Below are positions 47,433-60,886 of a DNA stretch of 64,000 nucleotides, piece by piece. The notes under the pieces are model-generated. The model worked only from the letters and a program-made list of their open reading frames with translations. It was not told where the DNA came from and did no database searches. A program made the position numbers and the translations under genes. This DNA comes from Clostridiales bacterium (lineage in GTDB: Bacteria > Bacillota > Clostridia > TANB77 > CAG-508): the NCBI GenBank assembly GCA_004554705.1, contig SFKS01000001.1, forward strand, positions 8,186-72,185, written 5' to 3'. The first letter of the stretch is position 1. Each line of letters starts with the position of its first letter.

Positions 47433-50255
47433 CTATTTTTCTAATAATTTTTTTAGAAATTTTCCAGTATAAGATTTCTCATTTTTTATTATTTGTTCTG
47501 GTGTTCCAATAGCTATTACTTCTCCGCCTTTTTCACCACTTTCTGGTCCTAAATCTATTATATAATCTGCTGTTTTTATTAAATCTAAATTATGCTCTAT
47601 AACTACAATACTGTTTCCTGTATCTACTAGTCTTTGTAATATATCAATTAGTCTATGCACATCCGCTGTATGAAGTCCTGTTGTTGGTTCATCTAAAATG
47701 TATAGGGTTTTTCCTGTTGCACGTTTAGAAAGCTCTGTTGCAAGTTTTACTCTTTGTGCTTCTCCTCCTGATAGTGTAGTTGATGGCTGTCCTAATTTTA
47801 TATATCCAAGACCTACATCATATAGTGTTTGTATCTTTTGTTTTATCTTAGGAATGTTACTAAAAAAGTCTAGTGATTCTTCAACAGTCATATCTAGCAC
47901 ATCTGATATGTTTTTTCCTTTATATTTTACTTCTAAGGTCTCCCTGTTATATCTTTTTCCATGGCACACTTCACAAGGTACATATATGTCTGGTAAGAAA
48001 TGCATCTCAATCTTAAGTACTCCATCACCTTGGCAGGTTTCACACCTTCCTCCTGATACATTAAAGCTGAATCTTCCTTTTTCATATCCTCTTAACTTTG
48101 CTTCATTTGTTCCTGCAAATATATCTCTTATTAAATCAAATACACCGGTGTATGTTGCAGGATTTGATCTCGGTGTTCTTCCTATTGGAGATTGATCTAT
48201 ATTTATTACTTTATCTATATTATCTATTCCTAGTATTTTATCATGTTTACCTGGAAATTCTGATGATTTATATAGTTCTTTTGCCAGTCCCTTATACAAA
48301 ATTTCATTTATTAACGTGCTTTTTCCTGAACCTGAAACTCCTGTTACACAAGTAAATACTCCAAGTGGTATTTTAACATCTATATTTTTTAAATTGTTCT
48401 CTCTAGCACCTTTTATTTCAATTGATTTCCCATTTGGTTTTCTGCGTTTTTCTGGCACTTTTATTTGTTTTCTTCCACTTAGGTATGCACCGGTTATTGA
48501 GTTTGGGTTTTGTTTAATATTCTCAACTGTTCCTGTACAAATTACATTCCCTCCATGTATCCCAGCTTCTGGTCCGATATCAATTATATAGTCAGCTGCA
48601 TACATTGTGTCTTCATCATGTTCTACTACTATAACAGTATTTCCTAAATCTCTTAATTTTTTTAATGTTGCAATTAATTTATCATTATCTCTTTGGTGCA
48701 AGCCTATACTTGGTTCATCAAGTATATATAAAACTCCTGTTAAACCTGCACCTATTTGGGTTGCAAGTCTTATTCTTTGAGCTTCTCCTCCTGATAGGGT
48801 TCCGGCTGGTCTTGATAGTGTTAAATATTCTAGTCCAACATCTACTAAAAACTGTAATCTTTTATTTAACTCTTTTAAAATTTGATTTGCTATTAATGTT
48901 TTTGTTTTATCTAATTTTAGATTGTTAATAAAGTCTTGTATTTTTGTTATTGACATATTTGTTAATTCTTGTATGTTTTTTCCACCAACTGTTACTGCTA
49001 AGCTCTCCTTTTTTAGACGAGCTCCATGACAGGCTTCACATGGGCTTTCTGTCATATAATATTCATAGAAGTCTCTCATTCCTTGAGATTTAGTTTCTCT
49101 ATATCTTCTTTCAAGTGTTGGTATTACTCCTTCAAAAGGTGCTGTAAATTTTCTTTCGCCTGCTACTGAAGTATATTTAAAGTCAATTTTTTCATTGCCT
49201 GTTCCATATAATATCTTATTTAAAAAATCTTTTGGCAACTTCTTGATTGGAACTTTTATGTCTACACCATAATGTTTGGCAATACTTTCGAAGTACATTT
49301 TAGCCATTGTATCGCCTTTTTTCATTGAGCTTGATCCAAAAGCTTTTACTCCATCATATAAAGTTTTGTTCTTGTCTGGTATTATTAAGTCTTCGTTCAT
49401 TCTCATTAAATATCCAATTCCTGTACATTCTGGGCAAGCACCAAATGGATTGTTAAATGAGAACATTCTAGGAGATAATTCTTCTATACTAATGTTACAA
49501 TCTGGGCAAGCATAGTTCTGGCTAAATAGTATTTCATTGTGTGGTGTACTTATAACTACTAAATTATTTGCATATTTTAATGATATTTCAATAGATTCTG
49601 CAAGTCTACTTCTAATATCTTCTTTAATTATAAGCCTGTCCACTACTAAATCTATACTATGTTTTTTCTTTCTATCTAAGTCTATATCATCTGTTAGTTC
49701 AAATATTTCTCCGTCAACTCTTGCACGTACAAAACCCTCCTTCGAAAAATTTTCTAAAAGAGTTTTATATTCACCTTTTTTGCCTCTTATAACTGGTGCT
49801 AATACTTGTATTTTTGTACCTTTTTCTAAGTTCATTACAGTTTCTACTATTTGATCAATTGTTTGTTTTTCTATTTTTTTACCACAATTTGGGCAATGTG
49901 GTTCTCCTATTCTTGCATATAACAAACGAATATAATCATATATTTCTGTAACTGTTCCAACTGTTGAACGTGGGTTTTTAGAGGTGGTTTTTTGGTCTAT
50001 TGCAATAGCTGGTGATAAGCCTTCTATTGACTCAACATCAGGTTTTTCCATTAGTCCTAAAAATTGTCGTGCATATGAAGATAAGCTTTCTACATAACGT
50101 CTTTGTCCCTCTGCATATAGGGTATCAAACGCAAGAGATGACTTTCCTGAACCGGAAAGTCCTGTTATAACTACTAATTTATCTCTTGGTATAGTTACAT
50201 TGATATTTTTTAGGTTATGTGCTTTTGCGCCTTTTACTACTATATTGTCATTCAT
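47433..50255 (-). CDS. uvrA: Excinuclease ABC subunit A (full-length class I UvrA)
   Basis: Two ABC ATPase modules ([24 protein letters not shown]), zinc fingers, and LSGGEAQR signature motifs. 940 aa. Confidence 0.95.
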   Translation of the reverse strand: MNDNIVVKGAKAHNLKNINVTIPRDKLVVITGLSGSGKSSLAFDTLYAEGQRRYVESLSSYARQFLGLMEKPDVESIEGLSPAIAIDQKTTSKNPRSTVGTVTEIYDYIRLLYARIGEPHCPNCGKKIEKQTIDQIVETVMNLEKGTKIQVLAPVIRGKKGEYKTLLENFSKEGFVRARVDGEIFELTDDIDLDRKKKHSIDLVVDRLIIKEDIRSRLAESIEISLKYANNLVVISTPHNEILFSQNYACPDCNISIEELSPRMFSFNNPFGACPECTGIGYLMRMNEDLIIPDKNKTLYDGVKAFGSSSMKKGDTMAKMYFESIAKHYGVDIKVPIKKLPKDFLNKILYGTGNEKIDFKYTSVAGERKFTAPFEGVIPTLERRYRETKSQGMRDFYEYYMTESPCEACHGARLKKESLAVTVGGKNIQELTNMSITKIQDFINNLKLDKTKTLIANQILKELNKRLQFLVDVGLEYLTLSRPAGTLSGGEAQRIRLATQIGAGLTGVLYILDEPSIGLHQRDNDKLIATLKKLRDLGNTVIVVEHDEDTMYAADYIIDIGPEAGIHGGNVICTGTVENIKQNPNSITGAYLSGRKQIKVPEKRRKPNGKSIEIKGARENNLKNIDVKIPLGVFTCVTGVSGSGKSTLINEILYKGLAKELYKSSEFPGKHDKILGIDNIDKVINIDQSPIGRTPRSNPATYTGVFDLIRDIFAGTNEAKLRGYEKGRFSFNVSGGRCETCQGDGVLKIEMHFLPDIYVPCEVCHGKRYNRETLEVKYKGKNISDVLDMTVEESLDFFSNIPKIKQKIQTLYDVGLGYIKLGQPSTTLSGGEAQRVKLATELSKRATGKTLYILDEPTTGLHTADVHRLIDILQRLVDTGNSIVVIEHNLDLIKTADYIIDLGPESGEKGGEVIAIGTPEQIIKNEKSYTGKFLKKLLEK

Positions 50256-50262
50256 TTATATT

Positions 50263-51138
50263 TTATTCTCCTTTTTCTATTTCTATTGGATTTATATGTA
50301 TTACAGTCAAATATATTTCGTCTAATTGGTCTATTTCCTTTTCTAGTTTATTTGCTATTTCATGGCTTTCAAATGTTGATAAATTACCATCTATGTAAAT
50401 TGTAAAGGATATTTGATATTTATATCCTACTGGTGTTGCATTAAAGTGTTCTACCTTTTTTATTTCTTTATGCTTCATTATTATGTCCATTACCTTTTTC
50501 TTGTTTTCAAGGCTAATAGTTTTATCCATTAGAACATTATAACTTTCTAAAAATATGTTTGCACCTGTCCAAAGTATCCATAGTGATATTCCAATTCCTA
50601 CTACTCCATCAAACCATATTATACCTACTAAACTTAGAAATGATGCTACAAGGTTAAATGATGTAACAATACAATCATTTATATGATCTTTTGCATTGGC
50701 TTCTAATAAAATATTATCATGTTTTTTTGCTAGTGAGTGAGTATATATATATAAACATAATTTTGTAGCTATTGTTGCAATACACACTATAACTAGCCAC
50801 CATGAAAACATATATTTTTCTGGATTTAGTAGTGCTTTAATAGAGCCCTCAAATAGCTTCAATGATATAAGTATCATTGATATACTTACTAACATTGAAA
50901 AAATGTACTCTGCTTTTCCATGTCCTAAATTATGGTCATCGTCTCTTGGTTTACTGGCTATTTTGTTTCCTATGAATGTCATTAATGATGAAAAAATATC
51001 TCCTGCACTATTTACGCCATCAGCTATCATAGCTTGACTATTCGTAAAAATTCCTACTATTGTTTTTATAGTTAGTAAAAATATGTTGCCTATTATTCCG
51101 AAAATACTTGCTTTTTGAGTTGATTTAAATCTATCCAT
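50263..51138 (-). CDS. Cation diffusion facilitator family transporter (CzcD-like)
   Basis: Six TM segments with conserved HxxxD/DxxxD-type motifs ([18 protein letters not shown]) and a C-terminal cytoplasmic domain. Confidence 0.8.
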   Translation of the reverse strand: MDRFKSTQKASIFGIIGNIFLLTIKTIVGIFTNSQAMIADGVNSAGDIFSSLMTFIGNKIASKPRDDDHNLGHGKAEYIFSMLVSISMILISLKLFEGSIKALLNPEKYMFSWWLVIVCIATIATKLCLYIYTHSLAKKHDNILLEANAKDHINDCIVTSFNLVASFLSLVGIIWFDGVVGIGISLWILWTGANIFLESYNVLMDKTISLENKKKVMDIIMKHKEIKKVEHFNATPVGYKYQISFTIYIDGNLSTFESHEIANKLEKEIDQLDEIYLTVIHINPIEIEKGE

Positions 51139-51154
51139 ATTTCATCATCCTTAC

Positions 51155-51700
51155 TTAAGTAACTTTTTGTCCTAATTCTTGATATCTATAATTGTTAAAT
51201 ATTCCAGTATATATAATCTTTGAGTTTTTTAGTTTTTCAAAGTTTTCTGGTTTTGGCATGTCTGGTAAATTTATATTGATATTGGATTTTTCTAGTATAT
51301 GTTTTATAAATTCTGCACAATAGAAATAATTATTCCTATGTATTTTTTTATTGAAAAATATATAAATAAGTCCTAATGTATTAAATTTATATTTTGCTTT
51401 GTTCTCTTCAAACAATTTTATTTGTTGTTCTAGTTTTTCATATTGATAATCTGTTATTTGAATATAACAAATCATTGCTTTAGTATTTTTAAATCTTTTG
51501 AAAAATCCTAGATTTTGTCTTTCATGTACAAAACCTCCAACAAAGCAATTGTATGGATTTATTCTCCCAAATGAATACATTTTTTCTAAATCTTCATCAA
51601 GAGAAATTGATACGTGTGTATAAAACCTTCTAGTTTTAAATCTAATTATTCTACCTAGTACTGTACCTGAATATGTTAATATGAAATATATTCTTTTCAT
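51155..51700 (-). CDS. Hypothetical protein (181 aa)
   Basis: ORF only. It might be a permuted papain-like (YiiX-type) fold, but this was not verifiable from the sequence. Confidence 0.45.
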   Translation of the reverse strand: MKRIYFILTYSGTVLGRIIRFKTRRFYTHVSISLDEDLEKMYSFGRINPYNCFVGGFVHERQNLGFFKRFKNTKAMICYIQITDYQYEKLEQQIKLFEENKAKYKFNTLGLIYIFFNKKIHRNNYFYCAEFIKHILEKSNININLPDMPKPENFEKLKNSKIIYTGIFNNYRYQELGQKVT

Positions 51701-51718
51701 TACAAATCCTTTCCTTGT

Positions 51719-52624
51719 TTAAATTAATAAATCTAAAATTATGCCTGCTGTTATTCCTACTATGTATAATATTGTTAATATTTTTAAATTATCCTTCTTG
51801 TCTTTATTAACTTTAAATAGCACTAGAATTCCTATCCCTGAATTCACGAGCAAACCTGCTATCATTGAACCTAGCGGTATTATCTTTTCTAAGTATAATT
51901 CTGTTAAAATAATTGAGCTTGCACAATTTGGTATAATGCCAATTAGAGCTGTAATAACTGTTCCAAGTACCGGTATATTTACAATTAAGTTTGCGATTTT
52001 TCCCTCTCCAACAAAATAAATTATGCTATTTAGAACTAAACTTATTATGAATATATAAGCAAAAATTTGAACTGTATGTTTTATTGAAGATTTTATCACT
52101 CCCTCTTCCTCACAATTACAGTTTTCACTTTCACAAATTTTGTGTATTTCAATGTTGTCTTTTTCCTTATTTTCTCTATTTAAAAAATCAATTACAATTC
52201 CTATTCCCAAACCTATGAAAGCTTTTATGGTTAATATTTGTACAATTAGTCCAAATTCTGCTCCCTTTGAAATTAAAATTGGTAGCATTTCATCTGATGT
52301 AGATAAGAATATTGCAATAAGTGTTCCTCTTGTTATAATTCTAGCTGCATAAAAATTTGATGCTACTGCTGAAAAGCCACATTGTGGAATAATTCCCAAG
52401 ATAGCACCTATTATTGGTCCAAATTTTCCTGATTTTCTAATAGCTTTTTCTGTCTTTTCTCCAGCGTGAGTTTCTATTAATTCCATTATTATATAAGTTA
52501 TAAATAAGAATGGTACTAATCTTAAACTATCAATTATTGTATCTTCTAAGATTTCTAGCATACTTTTTCCTCCATTTTGATGTACATATAATATTTTAGC
52601 ACATTTTTCATAAAAATACAGCAT
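51719..52624 (-). CDS. Putative permease with two (P/N)xCxxS motifs (COG0701-like)
   Basis: IPQCGFSAV and IPNCASSII repeat motifs in a polytopic membrane protein; central loop CESENCNCEEE. Confidence 0.55.
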   Translation of the reverse strand: MLYFYEKCAKILYVHQNGGKSMLEILEDTIIDSLRLVPFLFITYIIMELIETHAGEKTEKAIRKSGKFGPIIGAILGIIPQCGFSAVASNFYAARIITRGTLIAIFLSTSDEMLPILISKGAEFGLIVQILTIKAFIGLGIGIVIDFLNRENKEKDNIEIHKICESENCNCEEEGVIKSSIKHTVQIFAYIFIISLVLNSIIYFVGEGKIANLIVNIPVLGTVITALIGIIPNCASSIILTELYLEKIIPLGSMIAGLLVNSGIGILVLFKVNKDKKDNLKILTILYIVGITAGIILDLLI

Positions 52625-52650
52625 TTTTATGAAAAATGTGCTAATTAATA

Positions 52651-53322
52651 TTATTTTTCTGACAACATATATCCAACGCCTCTAATTGTTTTAATGTATT
52701 TATCATATCCATATTTTTTTAAACTTTTTCTAAGTTCGCTTGTATATACTTCTACAACATTTGTAGTTGTAAAGGAGTTAAAGCTCCAAACTTTATCAAA
52801 TATTTGTTCCTTTGTTAAAATCTTGTTTTTTGAGGTTACAAGGTATTCCAATATATCAAATTGTTTTCCTTGCAATGTGATTTCTTCATCTTTTATTGTT
52901 ATATTTCGTTTTTGTGTATTTATTTTTAGGTCTTTAAATTCTAATAATTCATCTTGATAGTTTCCTTTTGTTCTTCTTATTATTGCGTTTAGTCTTGCTA
53001 TTAATTCTTCAACTTCAAATGGTTTTACCAAGTAATCATCTGCCCCATATCTAAAGCCCTTTAACTTGTCTGAAATTGAATCTTTTGCTGTTAAAATTAG
53101 TACTGGTGTGTAAATCTTGTTTTCTCTTAATTTTAATAAAACATCATATCCAGACATTTCTGGTAACATTAAGTCTAATATTATTGCATCATAGATATTT
53201 TCCTTTGCATATAAATAGCCTTCATATCCATCAAATGCCTGTTCTGTTTGAAAATCTTTACATATGCATTGTGCAATGGTATCTGACAGAACTTTTTCAT
53301 CTTCGATAATAAGAACCTTCAC
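52651..53322 (-). CDS. OmpR-family response regulator without an adjacent kinase; likely GTG start at 53322
   Basis: Receiver domain (VLIIEDE...ILDLMLP) plus a winged-helix domain. The track's longer N-terminal extension would overlap the rnpB terminator. Confidence 0.8.
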   Translation of the reverse strand: MKVLIIEDEKVLSDTIAQCICKDFQTEQAFDGYEGYLYAKENIYDAIILDLMLPEMSGYDVLLKLRENKIYTPVLILTAKDSISDKLKGFRYGADDYLVKPFEVEELIARLNAIIRRTKGNYQDELLEFKDLKINTQKRNITIKDEEITLQGKQFDILEYLVTSKNKILTKEQIFDKVWSFNSFTTTNVVEVYTSELRKSLKKYGYDKYIKTIRGVGYMLSEK

Positions 53323-53402
53323 AATATTTTCATTCCTTTCACTATATATAAAGCTTGTATGCTTTAAATTTATTAATATTTTATAAATCAAATGTTAAAA
53401 TA

Positions 53403-53438
53403 TAATTAAAAATGTTCTTGAAATAAGAACATTTTTTA
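53403..53438 (-). terminator. Terminator of rnpB (AATGTTCTT-gaaat-AAGAACATT + U-run)
   Basis: A perfect 9-bp stem immediately 3' of the RNase P RNA 3' end. Confidence 0.65.
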
Positions 53439-53444
53439 TATATG

Positions 53445-53792
53445 AGAGTATATCTATAAGCCGGGTTCTGTCTTGAACAGTCATTTATCTAGGATATATA
53501 TTACTACATATCTCAAGCCACCAATTCAGAAGATGACGAGCAGTCTTAGCCTTCTTTTTAGGTGTTGCTCCAGATGGGGTTTACATTGACCCACGTTTGT
53601 CTCCAAACTGGCGGTAAGCTCTTACCTCACCTTTTCACCTATTGCTCTAGCAAAGCTAGGGCTGTTATTTTCTGTTGCACTTTCCTTAAGGTTACCCTCA
53701 CTGGACGTTATCCAGCATCATTGCTCTATGGAGCCCGGACTTTCCTCATGTAGACCCTTGCGAGTTCTATACGCGACTGTTCGATATACTCT
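53445..53792 (-). ncRNA. rnpB: RNase P RNA (ribozyme component of RNase P, Firmicute type B)
   Basis: The minus-strand transcript contains the universal P4 elements GAGGAAAGUCCGGGCUCCAUAG and ACAGAACCCGGCUUAU. The P1 helix pairs GAGUAUAUC (5') with GAUAUACUC (3'). The region is GC-rich and structured, with no credible ORF. Confidence 0.88.
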
Positions 53793-53861
53793 TATTATAT
53801 TTTAGCCGTTTTTGTAAGAATTGTCAAGTATAAGAAAGCATTACTGCATTTCTTGGTATTG

Positions 53862-54857
53862 TTATTTTTTGTATAATTTTTCACAATATTCATCATATTG
53901 TTTTTTTAACTCTTTATCATATATTGTTAAATTATTTTCTTTTCTTAATTCTACAAATGCCTTATATTTAAAGTTACTGTTTTCTGATATAAAATCTGTT
54001 GACAATATCTCTATTATTGTTTCTCTTAAGTCTTCTAATGTTGATGTTGCTAATCTATGAACTATATGGTATCCATATGATGTTTTTATTGGTGTTTTGC
54101 TGTATTCTCCGTCCTTTAATGCCACTAATTCATCAATATATGATTGTTCTAGTGAAGCGTTTTTCCCTTGAAATCCTAATTCTTCATGTACTATTTTGTC
54201 TTTATATTCTTCTACAATTTCATTAAATGTTTTTCCTTCATTTAATTTTCCTATTATCTCATTTGCTAGAGTTAAAGCCTCTTGGTCTGTTACATCGTCT
54301 GTTATTTTTACCAAAATGTGTTCTGAGTCATATGTTTCTATTTCATCTTTGTTTTCATTATAATATTTTTCTATCTCACCTGGTTCTAACTTCTTTTCTA
54401 AATAATCATATAAGTATTTGTTAGTTTTAATGCTTGCTTTAATATCTTCTAGGAATTCATCATAAGTTGAAAATCCAATTCCCTCTAAAAATTCTTGTTC
54501 AGTATATCCATTTGCTGTATAGTAATCTATATAGTTGTCTGCTTGTTTCTTTGCTTGCTCCTCTTCTTTTTCTGTTAATGTATACATATCATTTAAAATT
54601 GCCTTGTCTACTTCTGTCATCATTAAGGTTAAACCCTCTGTTAATTTCACTTTGTCATATATTGTTTTTGCCGAAATTTTTTTACCTGCTACTGTAGCTA
54701 TTCTATTTTTAAAATAGTTCATACATAGTACTACTAAACAAGTTATCAGTACTCCTATTATTAAGCCAATTATTACTGGTATTATTGTTTCCTTTGTGAA
54801 AATTGTTTTCTTATTTTTTTCTTTTTTTTCCATAATTTCAAATTCCTTCCTTTTCAT
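53862..54857 (-). CDS. prsA: Foldase PrsA-like peptidyl-prolyl isomerase (parvulin type), membrane-anchored
   Basis: N-terminal TM, a SurA-N-like region, and a parvulin domain (…SEHILVKI…YSKTPIKTSYGYHIV). Confidence 0.75.
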   Translation of the reverse strand: MKRKEFEIMEKKEKNKKTIFTKETIIPVIIGLIIGVLITCLVVLCMNYFKNRIATVAGKKISAKTIYDKVKLTEGLTLMMTEVDKAILNDMYTLTEKEEEQAKKQADNYIDYYTANGYTEQEFLEGIGFSTYDEFLEDIKASIKTNKYLYDYLEKKLEPGEIEKYYNENKDEIETYDSEHILVKITDDVTDQEALTLANEIIGKLNEGKTFNEIVEEYKDKIVHEELGFQGKNASLEQSYIDELVALKDGEYSKTPIKTSYGYHIVHRLATSTLEDLRETIIEILSTDFISENSNFKYKAFVELRKENNLTIYDKELKKQYDEYCEKLYKK

Positions 54858-54906
54858 ATTTCGTCACATTATATGTAGAATATATTAAATTAATATTAAA
54901 ATTTAA

Positions 54907-55419
54907 TTAAATTTTGTATTCCACAAATTGATGTGTTTTTATGCTGTTTTTTACATCTAATATTCTTTGATTTGAGGATCCTCTAAATTTAAGTGTAGGG
55001 TCTTTTTTGTCTAGTTTAAATTTGCCATCAACTAATACATCTATATCTTTTAAGCATTGATTTGTATCTTCATCATTTCTTGCTAATAGTTCATCCAGTG
55101 TATATCCAGAATAACACCAAACATTAAAATTAGGTTTAATTGTTTTTACATCTTGTATAAATTTATGTACTTCGTTTATATTTTCTTTACACAAAGGCTC
55201 TCCGCCACTTATTGTTATGCCTTTTAAAATCGAATTTTCTTTTATTCTATCTAGTATTTCTTGTTTGTTGAATTCTTCACCATAGTTAAAATCTTGAGCT
55301 TCTTTGTTGTGGCAACCAGGGCAATGATGTGGGCATCCGCTAACAAATAGCACTGCTCTCCAGCCTTCCCCGTTCGAAATACTCTCATCATAAAATCCAG
55401 CAATTTTCATGGTTCTCAT
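54907..55419 (-). CDS. nrdG: Anaerobic ribonucleoside-triphosphate reductase activating protein
   Basis: Radical-SAM cluster CPHHCPGCHN. Adjacent to nrdD. Confidence 0.9.
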   Translation of the reverse strand: MRTMKIAGFYDESISNGEGWRAVLFVSGCPHHCPGCHNKEAQDFNYGEEFNKQEILDRIKENSILKGITISGGEPLCKENINEVHKFIQDVKTIKPNFNVWCYSGYTLDELLARNDEDTNQCLKDIDVLVDGKFKLDKKDPTLKFRGSSNQRILDVKNSIKTHQFVEYKI

Positions 55420-55478
55420 TCCTCTCCAATATTGTATTTTAATTACAGGCGACCTATATCGGTCGCCCCTCTCACAAA

Positions 55479-57755
55479 TTATTTGTTACCATGTGTTACT
55501 CTATCATGTAATTCCGCTAGTTTTCCTTTGTTCCAACGTGATGTTGTTCCTACTAAGTATCCTGTAATTCTTTGTATTGTATCTATGTTTTCACTATGGC
55601 AAACTGGACACACCTTTAAATTTGCATCTGCATTTTCAAATCCACAGTCTAAACATCTTGACCTTGTATGGTTTATTGAACCATATCCCATATCGTACTT
55701 ATCCATCAAGTCTACAACTGCTTCTACTGTATCTGGATTATGTGTTGCATCTCCATCTAATTCTATATAGAATATATGTCCTGCATTTGTTAGTGCATGA
55801 TATGGTGCTTCTATTTTTGCTTTATGTTCTGCTGTACATTTGTACCATACTGGAACATGATTACTGTTTGTATAATAGTCTCTATCTGTTACGCCTATTA
55901 TTGTTCCAAATTCTTTTCTATCCATTTTAGTAAATCTTCCAGCTAGTCCTTCTGCTGGTGTTGCAAGTAAAGAATAATTTAGGTCGTATCTATCAGAATA
56001 TCTGTCACATGCCTCCTTCATTTGAGTAATTATTTCTATTCCTAATTTTTGGGATTTTTCAGATTCTGCATGATGTTTTCCTGTAAGTGCTGTTAAACAT
56101 TCTGCCAATCCTATAAATCCAATACTTAGTGTTCCATGTTTTAATACCTCTTCAACTTTATCTTCTGGGCGAAGCTTTTCACTATCTTGCCATAATCCAG
56201 ACATTAATAGTGGAAATTGTTTTGCTACTGCTGTGCATTGGAATTTATATCTATCATATAATTGTCTTGCGGCTATGTCTGTGTATGTTTCTAGTTTGTT
56301 TAAGAATATTTTTTTAACTTCCTTGTTGTATTTTTCTGTCATGTATTGTTCACTATCTTTTCCAAGTTCAAAGTTGATTCTTAAATTTGCTTGTGCTTCT
56401 TTTGCTGCCTCTATAGCTATTTTTACTAAATTTACTGTTGTGAAAGATAGATTTCCTCTTCCTACAGATGTTTTCTCTCCATGTCTATTTGCAAATACTC
56501 TTGTCCTGCAGCCCATTGTTGCAACTTCATAATAGTATCTATTTGGATCGTCTGCTTTCCATTTCTCATGTTTATTAAATGTAGCATCTAAGTTTAAGAA
56601 ATTTGGGAAAAATCTCTTTGCTGTTACTCTGCATGCTAATTTATATAAATCATAGTTTCTATCTTCTGGTAAGTAGTTAATTCCTCTTTTCTTTTTCCAA
56701 ATTTGAATTGGGAATATTGGTGTTTCTCCATTTCCAACTCCTTCTTCTGTTGATAGAAGCATTTCTCTTATTATACATCTTCCTTCTGGTGAATCATCTG
56801 TTCCATAGTTTATTGAACTAAATACAACTTGATTTCCACCTCTTGAATGAATTGTATTCATGTTATGTATAAAAGCCTCCATTGCTTGATGTACTCTATT
56901 TACTGTGTTGTTTATTGCTAGTTGTATATACTTTTTATCTCCTTTTAAGTCTTTTGTTTCAGCTTTTATATAGTCTTTTACTTCATAGTTATACAATCTT
57001 GATAAATCTTCATCTACTACTTTTTCTATCTTTTTTATTTCCTCTACAAATGTTGTTTTTACAAATGGTGCTAAATAATAGTCGAATGCTGGGATTGCTT
57101 GTCCTCCATGCATCTCGTTTTGCACAGTTTCTAGTGATATGCAGCCAATTATACTTGCTGTCTCTATTCTTTTTGCTGGTCTTGAACTTCCATGTCCTGC
57201 TCTAAACCCATTTTTTAATATTTTGTCTAATGGATGTTGAATACATGTTAAGCTTTTTGTTGGATAATAATCCTTGTCATGAATATGAATGTATCCTTCC
57301 TTTACTGCTTTTCTAGCTTCTGTTGATAGTAGGAAATCATCAACAAATGGTTTTGTTGTCTCACTTGCAAATTTCATCATCATTCCTGCTGGTGTATCTG
57401 CATTCATATTTGCATTTTCACGTGTTATATCATTTGATTTTGTTTCTATAATTTCTAGGAACATATCTTTTGATTTTGCTTTTCTTGCTACATCTCTATT
57501 GTATCTATATGTAATATATGTTTGAGCTACTTCTTTTCTTGATGATCCCATTAATTTCTTTTCAACTAAATCTTGTATTTCATAAACAGATACTTGTACC
57601 TTGTCCTTTACTTGATTGCGAACGCTATCTGCTATTTTGGTAGCTAAGTCAATATCTACTCCTCCTGGTGTATTTGACATTGCTAAAGTAATTGCTTTAA
57701 TAATTCTTTCTTCATCAAATTCTGATATTCTTCCATCTCTCTTAATAATTTGCAT
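55479..57755 (-). CDS. nrdD: Anaerobic ribonucleoside-triphosphate reductase (glycyl radical enzyme)
   Basis: N-terminal ATP-cone, C-terminal zinc ribbon CLDCGF...CPVCHS, and the glycyl radical motif RITGYL. Confidence 0.95.
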   Translation of the reverse strand: MQIIKRDGRISEFDEERIIKAITLAMSNTPGGVDIDLATKIADSVRNQVKDKVQVSVYEIQDLVEKKLMGSSRKEVAQTYITYRYNRDVARKAKSKDMFLEIIETKSNDITRENANMNADTPAGMMMKFASETTKPFVDDFLLSTEARKAVKEGYIHIHDKDYYPTKSLTCIQHPLDKILKNGFRAGHGSSRPAKRIETASIIGCISLETVQNEMHGGQAIPAFDYYLAPFVKTTFVEEIKKIEKVVDEDLSRLYNYEVKDYIKAETKDLKGDKKYIQLAINNTVNRVHQAMEAFIHNMNTIHSRGGNQVVFSSINYGTDDSPEGRCIIREMLLSTEEGVGNGETPIFPIQIWKKKRGINYLPEDRNYDLYKLACRVTAKRFFPNFLNLDATFNKHEKWKADDPNRYYYEVATMGCRTRVFANRHGEKTSVGRGNLSFTTVNLVKIAIEAAKEAQANLRINFELGKDSEQYMTEKYNKEVKKIFLNKLETYTDIAARQLYDRYKFQCTAVAKQFPLLMSGLWQDSEKLRPEDKVEEVLKHGTLSIGFIGLAECLTALTGKHHAESEKSQKLGIEIITQMKEACDRYSDRYDLNYSLLATPAEGLAGRFTKMDRKEFGTIIGVTDRDYYTNSNHVPVWYKCTAEHKAKIEAPYHALTNAGHIFYIELDGDATHNPDTVEAVVDLMDKYDMGYGSINHTRSRCLDCGFENADANLKVCPVCHSENIDTIQRITGYLVGTTSRWNKGKLAELHDRVTHGNK

Positions 57756-58057
57756 AATATATCTCTCCCTTTTTCATTTCTTGTTTTTAATTATTTGATT
57801 TCATTTGTTATATATTTTTTTGAAACTTTTGTACATCACTTAGACCTATTTTAGTGTTTTGGGAAATTGTAGAAACGCCACATAACTACAATCAAGAGAC
57901 TTTGATAGGTTTGAATAAAAAATCTTTAGTGTAAACTTTTATGTGTTTCTTAAATTGTATTCCTATTTTATATTATTAATAATATCTTGTCAATATAAAA
58001 TAGGAATTTGTAATATTACATTTTTGTTACAGAAGTGTAACACTTTTTTAACATTTC

Positions 58058-58459
58058 TTATCTTCTTCTGTATCTATTGCATCCACAACCGCAGTTGTTA
58101 GAGTTTGAGTTATTGTTCGTACTATTACTTAATAAATCCTCTACGGTGTCACAAACGCTTTCATTATTATTGTTGTTATTATTGTTTGAAAGCAAGTCTT
58201 CTAACAAGTCACATAGATTGTTTTCATGTTCTTCTCTGTTACATAATAAGTGCACAATAAGGGCTGTTATAAAAGATAATATTGTATATGCAAGTGTTGC
58301 TATTAAAAAGTTTACTCCAAATACTGCAAATGTTAATATTATAAATACAGCAAATATTAAACTTGCAACAATGATTGGATTTTTAAGTAATTTTTCCAAA
58401 ACAATTGAGAAGATAATTACTGCTATTGGAAATGCGAAGAAAATTAATAAAGTATTCAT
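58058..58459 (-). CDS. Small membrane protein with duplicated CDxxEDLLSN motif, poly-Asn tract and C-terminal CGCGCNRYRRR
   Basis: Two or three TM helices, then NLCDLLEDLLSN-N8-ESVCDTVEDLLSN-STNNNSNSNN-CGCGCNRYRRR. Confidence 0.5.
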   Translation of the reverse strand: MNTLLIFFAFPIAVIIFSIVLEKLLKNPIIVASLIFAVFIILTFAVFGVNFLIATLAYTILSFITALIVHLLCNREEHENNLCDLLEDLLSNNNNNNNNESVCDTVEDLLSNSTNNNSNSNNCGCGCNRYRRR

Positions 58460-58533
58460 ACTATACCTCCACTATATAGTATGAATACTTTTATTTTTTT
58501 GACACAGTCTTAAATCTTTCTTTAGAGCTATAT

Positions 58534-60806
<2,273 letters not shown>

Positions 60807-60886
60807 TTCCTTTCTTTTTTATTAAAGTTTAATTATCATTAAAATATATTTTATTACAAATTTTGTTCTTTGGCAAGTTGTATACG

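Noticed and set aside
53562-53753. + strand ORF of 63 aa
   Set aside because: It lies entirely within the RNase P RNA gene on the opposite strand; the GC-rich structured RNA explains the open frame.
57756-58057. NrdR boxes upstream of nrdD
   Set aside because: No 16-bp ACACWATATATWGTGT-like palindromes were found. Only unrelated inverted repeats are present, which are reported as a finding.
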